Notes: generated from the sequence alone by a model not told the origin. 64,000 bases of DNA from Candidatus Melainabacteria bacterium (GCA_005110385.1 DUDT01000021.1:45420-109419), one strand, 5' to 3'. Shown: positions 10,322 to 20,139, numbered from the stretch's first letter. Program-made: numbers and translations.

Positions 10322-11491
10322 TTATCCTAAATCAGAGAGTTCTTCATTTAAGAAATCTAAGTCATTCGCTAGTTGGTTTTTAATTAGATCATTATCTGCC
10401 ATAATGGCGGGAATCGAGCTAGTAGATGGAATAGCCGCAGGATTGATATTTACATTTGCTGCTTTATTGTCAATTAGGGATGAAGCCGTTCTATTGTTTG
10501 CTTCTGTCTCTAGTGCCACGGGCTCAGTACTAATAATGTTTTCTGTTGGATTAGTTGCAAGCTTAGTCTTTTCAGTTTCGCTTTCTTCTTCTGAATCATA
10601 TTTACTATCCATAATTCCGCGAATTTGTTTTAATTCATAAAGTAACCCAAGGAAACCTTCTTCGGAAAAATTTGCGTCACGTTCTAGTAATACTGCTTTT
10701 ACTTTGGTTTTTTTGATAACGTAAGAAAAAAGATCTAATGCTACGTCAGAAACAGGCTCACTATGTGAATCTAAAACTTTAATACTATGTCCAGTTAATT
10801 TTGATGTATAACCACGTTTAAGTCCACCAAGATGCACCTGTACTACTTTTCTAAGATCTAAATCATCTAGGAATGGCTTCGGCAGATATTTATGATTAAT
10901 AGAATTAACCAGAACATTATTAATGTCCAGTAAAAAACCACAGCGAGCCTTTTCTAGTACGAGGTTTATAAAAGTTTGTTCACGAAGTTCACGCAGACCA
11001 TAAGTAGTGTAATAACTAGGATTTTCGAAGAGAAAAGGAATCTGGAAGTAATCTTCGAGATATTTAATATTATTAGCTACTACTTCCGCAGCTTCTTTTG
11101 TAAAAGGTACGGGGATTAGCTCTTGAAAATAATGAGAACCGATTCTGGAATTAACTAAGTGATCGGAAAACCAAGGAGCCTTAATTTCCTGAAAAAGCTC
11201 TTTAAGTCCTTTAAGTAAATAAAAATCAAACTCTAGGCGTTTTTTGTTCTGGGGAGCAGAGCCAATACTTAAATTTACCCCATGAGGAATAAGGGGGATT
11301 CCCTTAGCTAACACCTCTTGGAAGTGCTTGCGAGGTAATCCCCCATTATTAATGTAGTTTTCTGGAATTATTTCCAGCCATTGAATCAGTGTTTGTGTGG
11401 AAGAGGCCTCTAAGTAATTGAGAATATCTTTTTGTATCTCATCTCGGAGTCCAATCCCTAAGCCATAAAATTTAAGCTTATTAGTGAGCAC
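10322..11491 (-). CDS. DUF692 family multinuclear non-heme iron-dependent oxidative enzyme (MNIO) with a ~96-aa C-terminal tail
   Basis: GIGLR, WLEIIPENY, HGVNLSIGS, WFSDHL, FENPSYY, LLDINN, VHLGG, DSH and LLERD motifs. Confidence 0.93.
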   Translation of the reverse strand: MLTNKLKFYGLGIGLRDEIQKDILNYLEASSTQTLIQWLEIIPENYINNGGLPRKHFQEVLAKGIPLIPHGVNLSIGSAPQNKKRLEFDFYLLKGLKELFQEIKAPWFSDHLVNSRIGSHYFQELIPVPFTKEAAEVVANNIKYLEDYFQIPFLFENPSYYTTYGLRELREQTFINLVLEKARCGFLLDINNVLVNSINHKYLPKPFLDDLDLRKVVQVHLGGLKRGYTSKLTGHSIKVLDSHSEPVSDVALDLFSYVIKKTKVKAVLLERDANFSEEGFLGLLYELKQIRGIMDSKYDSEEESETEKTKLATNPTENIISTEPVALETEANNRTASSLIDNKAANVNINPAAIPSTSSIPAIMADNDLIKNQLANDLDFLNEELSDLG

Positions 11492-11708
11492 TCTTCGCTG
11501 GAGCTGTTGTAGCTGGAGCAGCTGGTACAGCAGCAGCCTCTTCAGTTGCTGGCGCTGTTTCAGCAGTAGCTTCTACTTCTTCTACATCAACCGCTTCTAC
11601 TTGATCTTCTACAGTCTCTGGTGCTTTGCTAACGTTACAAGCATTTAGTACGCTTGTGAAACCACAAACAAGAACTAGTGATGTAAAGATTTTTAATAGT
11701 TTATTCAT
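11481..11708 (-). CDS. Small exported lipoprotein-like acidic Ala/Pro-rich peptide, candidate MNIO substrate
   Basis: Strong AAGGAG SD before the ATG, signal-peptide-like N-terminus ending LNAC, 3' end overlaps the MNIO GTG start by 11 nt. Confidence 0.75.
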   Translation of the reverse strand: MNKLLKIFTSLVLVCGFTSVLNACNVSKAPETVEDQVEAVDVEEVEATAETAPATEEAAAVPAAPATTAPAKSAH

Positions 11709-11889
11709 AGATATCTCCTTATCTTTTCTCTAGATATTCTATCCTATCAAGGCTATTCAGCGATTTAAATTTTTTAGAAAAATATGTATTTTGTGTAAAA
11801 TGCTTAGCCACACTGGATTATGATATATTAATATAAGATTAAGTTGTGAAAAACTAGGATTTTCACTTGACCTAGAGGCTTATTTTTTT

Positions 11890-12216
11890 ATGAGTAAACA
11901 AAATAATCATGAAAGTTATTTTGTTCTAGCCTGCCCAAGAGACGATGGCAGGCTCGCTGTTTTATGCAGGAATACTGGCCTGAATCAAGGGCCAGCACTG
12001 TGTGAAAGCAAAAAAGATGCGGTGCGTTTAAAAACCAAATTAGCTAACGATCCTCGCGGACTATCTAATGAAAATGCTGTCGCCATTATTAGAAGTCTTT
12101 ATGTTTACGAGTTGAAGCACGATGTAAAACCAGTCTGGCAGGAGGATTCACTATGGGCCTACCTACCAATAGAATTGGCCAAATGTGTAGAATCACAGGC
12201 TTTTTTTTCAAGATAA
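11890..12216 (+). CDS. Hypothetical protein (108 aa)
   Basis: ATG-start ORF with globular composition, divergent from the MNIO operon. No family recognised. Confidence 0.65.
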   Translation: MSKQNNHESYFVLACPRDDGRLAVLCRNTGLNQGPALCESKKDAVRLKTKLANDPRGLSNENAVAIIRSLYVYELKHDVKPVWQEDSLWAYLPIELAKCVESQAFFSR

Positions 12217-13703
12217 TTTTTAGTAGATTTAAAAATTGCGGCCGCCTCTTTTATATTACTGACCTCGATAATTTTTATTTTTAACTGTACTAAATTCGCT
12301 TTCAATTCTGGAGTTAAGGCTGGGATTATCGCTGTAGTGAAACCCAGCTTCTGAGCTTCTTTTAACCGCAGTTCTATATTACTAACTTGGCGAATTTCTC
12401 CACCTAGGCCTAGTTCACCCAGCGCAATAAAATCATTACAAGACTGCTCGCAAACTCCAATTTCTGCGTTTTCGTCAGGCTGCGCACAAACTCCAATTTC
12501 TGCGTTATCAATAGACGAATCAGGTTTTTCGAGTATTGAAAGTGCGATAGCCAAATCAGAACTTGGTTCTCTAATACTCAGCCCACCTGCAACATTTACA
12601 TAAACATCTTGCTTGCCCAAAGGTATTTTTAAATATTTTTCCATGATGGCTAATATCTGATGCAATCGGGTGAAATCTATACCGTTCGCCATGCGCCTAG
12701 GATTATGCTGCTCAGAATATATAACCAGTGACTGTACTTCCACTAATAAGGCCCTGCGTCCTTCTTTAATAACCGTGACTATGCCACCTGCACGTTGATT
12801 TAAAAAAATCTGTGAAGGATCGCTGACATCACTTAATCCATTTTCTCGCATTTCAAATACAGCTAATTCATCAGTGCTCCCAAAACGATTTTTAATCGAA
12901 CGTAGAATTCGCAAGGACTCATCTTTAATCATTTCGAACTGCAAGACAGTATCCACCATATGTTCTAAAATTTTCGGGCCAGCGATATCACCGTCTTTAT
13001 TTATATGACCGACTATAAAAATCGGCACATTGAAAGTCTTAGCGACTCTAGTAAGATTCGAGCAGCATTCTTTAATCTGCGACACATTACCTGGAACTGA
13101 ATCTAAATTAGGGTTATAAAGAGCTTGTATGCTATCAACTATGATTAAATTAGCTTCTGAGTTTTTAATCGCTTCAAGGATTTTTTCGAGGTTACTCTCT
13201 GTATAAACTAAAATATTCTCCTCATGTTGGGACTGCTCGCAAACTCCAATTTCTGGGTTTTCGTCGTCCTTATGATTTTTATTTAACCGCTTCGCTCGCA
13301 TCTTAAGCTGAGTAGAAGATTCTTCTGCGCTAACATAAAGCACTTTTAATTTTTTTAGACTGAAATAAAAAGCTAGCTGTAATAATAGTGTCGATTTACC
13401 GATACCCGGCTGACCGCCTATAAGATTTACGCTAGCGGGGACTATGCCACCACCAAGAACACGGTTAAATTCTTCTGAGCCTGTATTTAAACGAAGAACA
13501 GAGTCTTCTTTTATTTCACTTAAAAAGAGTAATTCTTCTTCTGAATTTACAAACAGACTATGTTTCACGCCTGTAGCTTTAGTTTTCGTTTTTACTAAAG
13601 CCTCTTTATCTAAACTACCCCAAGCTCCACAACTACTACACTGACCAAAGTAACCATTCGTCTCGTGGCCACAATTACGACAAACCCAGATGAATTTACT
13701 CAT
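12159..13703 (-). CDS. radA: DNA repair protein RadA/Sms carrying three in-frame repeat-derived inserts
   Basis: CxxC-CxxC, GGQPGIGKSTLLLQ Walker A, VDSIQ, KNRFG and Lon-like C-terminal domain. Confidence 0.97.
   Translation of the reverse strand: MSKFIWVCRNCGHETNGYFGQCSSCGAWGSLDKEALVKTKTKATGVKHSLFVNSEEELLFLSEIKEDSVLRLNTGSEEFNRVLGGGIVPASVNLIGGQPGIGKSTLLLQLAFYFSLKKLKVLYVSAEESSTQLKMRAKRLNKNHKDDENPEIGVCEQSQHEENILVYTESNLEKILEAIKNSEANLIIVDSIQALYNPNLDSVPGNVSQIKECCSNLTRVAKTFNVPIFIVGHINKDGDIAGPKILEHMVDTVLQFEMIKDESLRILRSIKNRFGSTDELAVFEMRENGLSDVSDPSQIFLNQRAGGIVTVIKEGRRALLVEVQSLVIYSEQHNPRRMANGIDFTRLHQILAIMEKYLKIPLGKQDVYVNVAGGLSIREPSSDLAIALSILEKPDSSIDNAEIGVCAQPDENAEIGVCEQSCNDFIALGELGLGGEIRQVSNIELRLKEAQKLGFTTAIIPALTPELKANLVQLKIKIIEVSNIKEAAAIFKSTKNYLEKKACDSTHLANSIGR
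12440..12506. repeat. Two tandem partial palindromic elements in frame in radA (NAEIGVCAQP-DENAEIGVCEQS)
   Basis: gactgctcgcaaactccaatttctgcgttttcgtc followed by ggctgcgcacaaactccaatttctgcgtt, both matching the left arm of copy A. Confidence 0.9.
13229..13276. repeat. Partial palindromic element in frame in radA (HKDDENPEIGVCEQS)
   Basis: gggactgctcgcaaactccaatttctgggttttcgtcgtccttatgat aligns ungapped with 665-712. Confidence 0.9.
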
Positions 13704-13718
13704 ATTTATGTAAGAGTA

Positions 13719-14939
13719 TCATGAAGTTCTTAATACCGACAATCTAAAATATTCAGAATATTCTGCCCCAAAGACTTTACCTGGTAGTATAAAGATCCCC
13801 TGCTCTATGAGTTCTTGAAAAAAATCTTCCACTCGGGACTGCTCGTAATCTTTATTTTCTGCGTTTTCATTAGCTAAAGAAGATAGTTTAGCGTTGGTTA
13901 AAGATTTTAAATTGTTTTTATTAGAGTTAAGTTTAGCAAGCATGCACAGCCCCCCAAAACTATCTCTAAGTAAATCTATAGAAGCCTCGCCCAAAAAGCT
14001 TTCCGAGGACTGGTCGCAAACTCGAGTATTCAAGCCCGCTTTAGTTAATTTTATTGCATAAGGATTTTCATAAATTTTATTTAACCCTCTTCTGATAAGT
14101 ATTTTCGAGTTTTCTAAAAGTACTTCTCTTTTATTTAAAGCTAAAACTGCGACTTTCTCACTTAAAATAGACGTTCTAAGAGAAAAATAACTTTTTTGTG
14201 CAAGGCAATCCTCAATTATTTTTTCGTCTTGCGTAGCTATCCAACCAACTCTCAATCCCTGTAAGCCATAGGACTTACTCACATCAGAAATACTTATCCC
14301 TTTTTCATAAATGCTTGCTACCGGAGGAGGCAAATTCAAGCAGATATCCCTGAAAACCTCGTCAGCAATTAAGTATCTGCCGTTAAGAATGTTTATTAGT
14401 TCTTTAAGTTCAAATTCGTTAAAACAGTAACCGCAGGGATTATTAGGATTATTAATCACCAAGGCTTTTACCTCAGGATTTTCACTAATTATTTTTTTTA
14501 AAGACTCTAAGTTAAGTTTAAAATCTTCCGCCCATTTAAAATCCCAATCAATCACTTTGCATCCCAGCCCTTCAGGTATCTTATAAAGAGAGGGATATAT
14601 GGGTTTCTGCACTATTAGGCTATCACCTAATGTAAATAAGCTTGAAAAGAGAAGGATAATAGCCTCAGCAGCTCCGCTGCTAGACAAGAACTTTAACTTG
14701 GGGTACTGCTTATAAATATTTTCAAGAGCTGAATAGAATTCTTCTAAACCATATTTCGAAGAATAATCTAGTTCTAGATTAACAAGGTCTTTTAATAAAA
14801 ATTCTTGGTCTTTTTCGTCATATAGGCTAAGCAGCTGATTAATAGTTAAGGGATTTAAGCAAGCAGTACTAAATGAAAAAAAGTAGTCCTTTTCGTAGGA
14901 GTTATATAAATCTTCTAGTTCAAAATTATTAAAAAGCAA
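13719..14939 (-). CDS. PLP-dependent aminotransferase class I/II with two repeat-derived inserts
   Basis: INNPNNPCG, IADEVF, SDVSKSYGLQGLRVGW (PLP Lys) and PGKVFG...FRLS motifs. Confidence 0.9.
   Translation of the reverse strand: MLFNNFELEDLYNSYEKDYFFSFSTACLNPLTINQLLSLYDEKDQEFLLKDLVNLELDYSSKYGLEEFYSALENIYKQYPKLKFLSSSGAAEAIILLFSSLFTLGDSLIVQKPIYPSLYKIPEGLGCKVIDWDFKWAEDFKLNLESLKKIISENPEVKALVINNPNNPCGYCFNEFELKELINILNGRYLIADEVFRDICLNLPPPVASIYEKGISISDVSKSYGLQGLRVGWIATQDEKIIEDCLAQKSYFSLRTSILSEKVAVLALNKREVLLENSKILIRRGLNKIYENPYAIKLTKAGLNTRVCDQSSESFLGEASIDLLRDSFGGLCMLAKLNSNKNNLKSLTNAKLSSLANENAENKDYEQSRVEDFFQELIEQGIFILPGKVFGAEYSEYFRLSVLRTS
13835..13871. repeat. Partial palindromic element in frame (NENAENKDYEQS)
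   Basis: 30/37 identity by manual alignment to the radA-type arm gacgaaaacgcagaaattggagtttgcgagcagtccc. Confidence 0.8.
14006..14037. repeat. Partial palindromic element, opposite arm, in frame (GLNTRVCDQS)
   Basis: aggactggtcgcaaactcgagtattcaagcc resembles gggacgattgccaaacgtacaagttcaaggc. Confidence 0.6.
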
Positions 14940-14961
14940 GCAACACGCTAAATAAGAAAAA

Positions 14962-15144
14962 CTATTTAATTTCTACGTGTTCAGTTACCTTACGTAGATA
15001 TTTATTATACTTCTTAGCTTTCAGCTTATCTGGATGCTTTTTCTTATTCTTAGTAGTAGCATAGCGAGACGGCGGAACCCCAGCAGCTCTAGCTTCTGTA
15101 CATTCAAGTATAATTTTTACTTTATCTTGTTTCTTCTTCGCCAT
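14962..15144 (-). CDS. rpmG: 50S ribosomal protein L33
   Basis: KIILECTE, RYATTKNKKKHPDKL..KKYNKYLRKVTEHVEIK. Confidence 0.95.
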   Translation of the reverse strand: MAKKKQDKVKIILECTEARAAGVPPSRYATTKNKKKHPDKLKAKKYNKYLRKVTEHVEIK

Positions 15145-15260
15145 ATTCGATATCCAGAACGAGAATTATATCAAAGAATCATACTTTAAGCCGCCTCTTT
15201 GTAAAAAATTAATCTTTTCAACTGAATAGGAGTCTTACCTTAAATGCCTATGTAGAGATC

Positions 15261-16166
15261 ATGAATAATCTTGTTAAGGATCATGCTTTATTTTTAACTA
15301 AATCTGCAGAGATAGAAACTAAGATTTCGAAGCTTTTGAATAACACTTCTGTTCTGCCAACTAATCAGAAGCAACTTTTAGAACTTTTGGATCTCGCTGA
15401 TGATGTTGATACTTTAAATTCACAACTCATACAGAGCCTTAAATCTCTAGAAAATTTTTCTAAAAGATTAGTTCTAAGAACTAAAATTAGAGCTAAACTT
15501 CAGGATTTAAAACCCGTTACAGATGCTGATTTACAGAGACTAGTACAAATGCTAGGCTACAGCATTATTAGAGATGAAGCAGAGGCAAGTATTTTGCTTG
15601 ACTATCTACATTTGGCAAAAAAAGTGAAGAATCGTCACCAGAGAACCTTACTTAAAAACGCTGTTTGGAACGCTAAAATAGCAAGAGGCTTAGCTGAAAT
15701 GATGCAAGTATCTAATTCAAGAGAAGCTTTTTTCGCAGGTCTAAACTTTCACGTCGGAAAACTCCTTTTAGCGCTAAATGATGAGAGATCCTATGAAGAA
15801 ATAGAAAAGATGAAGTTAATGGGCATGGACTCAGCGAGTGCTGAATCTGCAATACTCGGTTTTAGTGTAAGCGAGCTTGCTAAGAGATTTTTACTTAACC
15901 AGAAACTACCAGACGCCGTTATAGATGTAGTCGTAAATGGTCATGAAAGAAAAAACAAGACAGAAAATGATGTTTTATTAAGTATAGTGAGCTTTGCTGA
16001 TGTAATCGTGAAAGCTATTAATGAAGAGCGCCGCAGTTTAGTTGAAGTTTGGCATGAATCTAAAAACTTTTTACAGGAGCTCAAATTAGATATTTCTTTC
16101 GATGAGTGGAATAGACAGATTAAACTAATATTTTTTCGCTTAGTTAAATTCGAAAATGAAGTCTAA
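15261..16166 (+). CDS. HDOD domain-containing protein
   Basis: AKIARGLAE...EAFFAGLNFHVGKLLL and E..ILGF...ELAKRFLLNQKLP match the HDOD pattern. Confidence 0.7.
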   Translation: MNNLVKDHALFLTKSAEIETKISKLLNNTSVLPTNQKQLLELLDLADDVDTLNSQLIQSLKSLENFSKRLVLRTKIRAKLQDLKPVTDADLQRLVQMLGYSIIRDEAEASILLDYLHLAKKVKNRHQRTLLKNAVWNAKIARGLAEMMQVSNSREAFFAGLNFHVGKLLLALNDERSYEEIEKMKLMGMDSASAESAILGFSVSELAKRFLLNQKLPDAVIDVVVNGHERKNKTENDVLLSIVSFADVIVKAINEERRSLVEVWHESKNFLQELKLDISFDEWNRQIKLIFFRLVKFENEV

Positions 16167-16222
16167 TTTCTGCTGTTTAGTGAAAATTCCTGACTAGAGT
16201 TATCCTCTATTAGCTAAAATAT

Positions 16223-17296
16223 GTGCTTATGGATAACACAAAACTTGAAAAAGCTAGAGAAATAATATCTAAGTATCTTGCTCCTGATAATTTTAAAGAC
16301 CTTTCTGTCATAGGTGACAAAAAAGTCGTCTTTAATCTATTGATGGAGAAACCTGATGATAAAAAGAAATCAGAGATTATATCCCAATTAGAATCTCAGC
16401 TTAAGAAAGCAGGTTTTGAAGAATTAGATGTTTACACAACACAGAAATTAGATAGCTCTGCTGCTGGTCATAGACCACTAGGTGGTACTGCTAACAGGGG
16501 AGCTTTAGCTCCTAAGTCACCAGTCGAGGGTGTTAAGCATATTATTGCTATTAACAGTGGTAAAGGTGGTGTAGGTAAAAGCACTTGCTCGGTAAATTTA
16601 GCGATAGCTCTTTCACAGCTTGGAAAGAAAATAGGCTTAATGGATGCTGATATTACTGGTCCTAATGCACATCTTATGCTTGGTGTAACAGAGAAGCCTT
16701 ACATTACTGAATCTAAAAAAGTTATGTCTTTAGAAGCTCACGGTATTAAATTAATTTCCATGGGAACTCTTGTAGACGAGGATAAACCTACTATTTGGCG
16801 TGGACCTATGCTAGATGGCGTTATTAAACAGTTTTTAAGAGAAGTAGAATGGGGCGAATTAGATTTCTTGATTATAGATCTGCCTCCTGGGACTAGTGAT
16901 GCCCAGCTTACTCTCTGTCAGAATGTTCCTTTAGATGGAACTGTGATTATTACTACTCCTCAGGATGTCGCTCTTCTAGATGCGAAGAAGGGGCTAATGA
17001 TGTTCCAAAAAATGGGTGTGCCGATTTTAGGTCTTATAGAAAATATGAGTTTCTTTGAGTGTCCTGAATGTCATCATAGATCTGAAATATTTTCTCATGG
17101 TGGTGGTAAGGCTGCTGCTGAGAATTTAGGCTTAGATTTTCTTGGTGCCATCCCTATTGAGCTTAAAGTGCGCACGGGTGGCGATAGTGGTCAGCCGATT
17201 ACTGCAGTAGATCCGGATCATTCTGTTTCGCAGGCTTTTAAGGCTATAGCTGAGAAGCTGGTGCAGAAGATTCCTAAGCAGAAGCTTGTGGCTTAA
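16223..17296 (+). CDS. apbC: Mrp/NBP35 (ApbC) Fe-S cluster carrier ATPase
   Basis: SGKGGVGKST, DADITGPN, WRGPM, DLPPGTSD, ENMS.FECPEC. Confidence 0.95.
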   Translation: MLMDNTKLEKAREIISKYLAPDNFKDLSVIGDKKVVFNLLMEKPDDKKKSEIISQLESQLKKAGFEELDVYTTQKLDSSAAGHRPLGGTANRGALAPKSPVEGVKHIIAINSGKGGVGKSTCSVNLAIALSQLGKKIGLMDADITGPNAHLMLGVTEKPYITESKKVMSLEAHGIKLISMGTLVDEDKPTIWRGPMLDGVIKQFLREVEWGELDFLIIDLPPGTSDAQLTLCQNVPLDGTVIITTPQDVALLDAKKGLMMFQKMGVPILGLIENMSFFECPECHHRSEIFSHGGGKAAAENLGLDFLGAIPIELKVRTGGDSGQPITAVDPDHSVSQAFKAIAEKLVQKIPKQKLVA

Positions 17297-17340
17297 TGAT
17301 TTAGCAAGTATTGAAATTAATTTGGTTTAAGATATAAGCT

Positions 17341-18144
17341 ATGCCTAATTCAGATATAGTTTCTAAAATCAGCTTCGGTAAAGGTTTAGATACTGATTTA
17401 CTTACTCCGCCTATTTTTTCTGATAAAGAGAAGGAGAGGCTTTATCGTAAACAGCGCTTAGCAGCAGCTTTTAGGCTTTTTGGGCATTATGGTTTTGATG
17501 AAGGTGTCGCTGGTCATATCAGTGTGAGAGACCCGATACTTACTGACTGTTTTTGGGTAAACCCGATGTCAGTGCATTTTTCTTTAATTAAGGTCTCTGA
17601 TTTAGTTTTAGTTAATCATGATGGAGAGATTAAAGAGGGGAAAAGAGCGATTAATAAAGCAGCTTTTGCGATTCACTCTAGAATACATCTTCATAAGCCA
17701 GAGATTAATGCTGTAGCTCATGCTCATTCTGTTTATGGCAGAACATGGTCTACTTTAGGGCGTTTTCTTGACCCTATTACCCAAGATGCTTGTACTTTTT
17801 ATGAGAATCAAGTTATTTATGATGTTTACAAAGGTGTAGTCGCAGACTGCAATGAAGGAGATGATATCGCAGGTTTATTAGCTGATAAAGCTACTGTGAT
17901 ATTACAAAATCATGGACTGTTAAGTGCTGGGAAGTCAGTGGAGTCAGCAGCTTGGCTATTTATACTTATGGATAAGTGCTGTAAATCACAGATTCTAGCT
18001 GAAGCCGTGGGCAAGCCTAAAATCATTCCTCATGATGTCGCAGTTAAGGCTAGGACTTATATTGCAAATGAAGTAACTATGTTTGCTAATTTTCAGCCAC
18101 TTTATAACATGATTTTAAGTAAGCAAGCGGATTTCTTGGAATAA
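17341..18144 (+). CDS. Class II aldolase/adducin family protein
   Basis: EGVAGHISVRDP, AFAIHSRIH, HAHS and LQNHGLL motifs. Confidence 0.92.
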   Translation: MPNSDIVSKISFGKGLDTDLLTPPIFSDKEKERLYRKQRLAAAFRLFGHYGFDEGVAGHISVRDPILTDCFWVNPMSVHFSLIKVSDLVLVNHDGEIKEGKRAINKAAFAIHSRIHLHKPEINAVAHAHSVYGRTWSTLGRFLDPITQDACTFYENQVIYDVYKGVVADCNEGDDIAGLLADKATVILQNHGLLSAGKSVESAAWLFILMDKCCKSQILAEAVGKPKIIPHDVAVKARTYIANEVTMFANFQPLYNMILSKQADFLE

Positions 18145-18160
18145 AGAAATGATGAAGGAT

Positions 18161-18176
18161 TCATGTAGCGGTCTCT
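18161..18176. repeat. Short TIR remnant of the palindromic element
   Basis: tgtagcggtctct matches the end of copy A (gtgcagcggtctc), upstream of gloA. Confidence 0.4.
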
Positions 18177-18198
18177 GTGATTAAGCTAAAATACTAGT

Positions 18199-18585
18199 AT
18201 GCGCATACTTCACACCATGCTTAGAGTAAAAGATTTAGAAGCTTCTAAGAAATTTTATACAGAGGTGCTTCAGATGAGGGTTTTACGTGAGAAAGAATAT
18301 CCTGATGGTAAATTTACGCTCTGTTTTTTAGGTTATGCTGATGAAGCTGAAAATACAGTTATAGAGCTTACTTATAACTGGGGACGTTCAGAATATGATC
18401 TAGGAGATGCTTTTGGTCATATAGCTTTAGAAGTCGATGATGTATATAAGGCTTGCGAGGAGATAAAAGCTAAAGGCGGCTTGGTTACTAGAGAAGCTGG
18501 TCCGATGAAGCATGGCACTACAGTTATAGCCTTCGTTAAAGATCCTAATGGCTATTCTATTGAGCTGATAGGGGCTAAAGTTTAA
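18199..18585 (+). CDS. gloA: Lactoylglutathione lyase (glyoxalase I)
   Basis: [37 protein letters not shown]. Confidence 0.97.
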   Translation: MRILHTMLRVKDLEASKKFYTEVLQMRVLREKEYPDGKFTLCFLGYADEAENTVIELTYNWGRSEYDLGDAFGHIALEVDDVYKACEEIKAKGGLVTREAGPMKHGTTVIAFVKDPNGYSIELIGAKV

Positions 18586-18642
18586 TAAATGACACAGCTG
18601 GAAAATATAGAGTCGATAGAAAAACGTTTATAGAAATATCAC

Positions 18643-20139
18643 ATGCAAATCCTCTGGTTCAAACGTGACTTAAGAATCCATGACCATGCTGCTCTAAGTA
18701 TAGCAACTAAATCTACTTACGTTTTGCCTCTGTATATTCTTGAACCTGATCTATGGAAAGAATCTGATATGAGCTATAGGCATTATGAATTTTTATGTGA
18801 GGCTCTCATAGATTTAGATACAGCGCTGAGTAGTTTAGGTCAGTCTTTAGTGATTAAAGTCGGTGATGCAGTTTCAGTTTTAGATGAGCTTTATGAAAAA
18901 TATTCAGTGACTGCTTTATATTCGCATCAGGAGACGTGGAACGCTTGGACTTACTCTAGGGACAAGCGGGTAAAAGCTTGGGCTAAAGCACGAAATTTAA
19001 TTTGGCATGAGCCAGTGCAAAATGGCGCAATTCGCTGCCTGAAAACTCGTGATAACTGGGCCGCACGCTGGCAAGCTTTGATGAGAAAGCCACTAATAAA
19101 AGCCCCCTTCGCTTTAGAGCCAATTTTAGAGCTGCAAGAAAATGAAACTTTACCGCAGGGATTAGCAGCCAAAAAAGCCACTGAGCTTTTATCTTTAGCT
19201 GCTGATCTGGGTCTTGAAAATGATGGCTGTATACTAAGACAGAAAGCTAGTCGCAGTGAAGCATTAAAGCTTTTAGATACTTTCCTGCATGAGCGAGGCT
19301 TGAATTATACTAAAGCGATGTCTTCACCGCTAACTGCTTACGAAGCATGTTCTCGGCTATCACCTTATCTAGCTTTTGGTTTAATATCTATGCGGGAAGT
19401 GTTTCATAGAGTTACTGCTGAAGAGAAGCTTAGTAAATCTACTAGTACTATACGTTCTTTTTCCGCACGTTTGCGCTGGCATTGTCATTTTATACAGAAG
19501 CTCGAAGACGAACCAAGTATCGAATTTAAGAATTTACACTCTGCCTATGATGGTCTTAGAGAGCCTGAGTTTAACTATGATTATTTCAATGCATGGAAAG
19601 AAGCTCGAACTGGTTATCCTATGATAGATGCCTGTATGCGAGCTTTAAAGGCTACCGGCTGGATTAATTTTCGTATGCGTGCCATGCTGATGAGTTTTGC
19701 AGCTAATCATCTGTGGCTACATTGGCGTGAACCTGCTCTGCACTTAGCTCGCTTATTTACTGATTATGAGCCAGGTATACATTATCCTCAGGTCCAGATG
19801 CAGTCTGGCACTACTGGCATAAACACTATCCGTATTTATAATCCGATTAAGCAGTCTTTAGATCAAGATCCAGAAGGTATATTTATACGTAAATGGCTAC
19901 CAGAATTAACGAATATGCCTGCTAAATATATACATACTCCTTGGGAATTGCCTTTAATGATGAATAATTATCCCCAGCCAATAGTCGATGAAAAGATCGC
20001 TCGTAAAGCTGCTGCTGATAAGCTTTATGGACTCAGGAAAAACTTAGATTATAAGCTGGAAGCGAAAGGGATAGTGATTAAACATGCTAGTCGCAAAAAT
20101 CGCGTGTCCGCAGGCTCAAAAATCTCTTATAGTAAATAA
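18643..20139 (+). CDS. Cryptochrome/photolyase family FAD-binding protein
   Basis: [51 protein letters not shown]. Confidence 0.93.
   Translation: MQILWFKRDLRIHDHAALSIATKSTYVLPLYILEPDLWKESDMSYRHYEFLCEALIDLDTALSSLGQSLVIKVGDAVSVLDELYEKYSVTALYSHQETWNAWTYSRDKRVKAWAKARNLIWHEPVQNGAIRCLKTRDNWAARWQALMRKPLIKAPFALEPILELQENETLPQGLAAKKATELLSLAADLGLENDGCILRQKASRSEALKLLDTFLHERGLNYTKAMSSPLTAYEACSRLSPYLAFGLISMREVFHRVTAEEKLSKSTSTIRSFSARLRWHCHFIQKLEDEPSIEFKNLHSAYDGLREPEFNYDYFNAWKEARTGYPMIDACMRALKATGWINFRMRAMLMSFAANHLWLHWREPALHLARLFTDYEPGIHYPQVQMQSGTTGINTIRIYNPIKQSLDQDPEGIFIRKWLPELTNMPAKYIHTPWELPLMMNNYPQPIVDEKIARKAAADKLYGLRKNLDYKLEAKGIVIKHASRKNRVSAGSKISYSK

Noticed and set aside
11846-11866. Inverted repeat gtgaaaa-N7-ttttcac between the divergent MNIO operon and the 108-aa gene
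   Set aside because: Short and AT-rich, with spacing that does not fit a CRP/FNR box. No regulator could be assigned.
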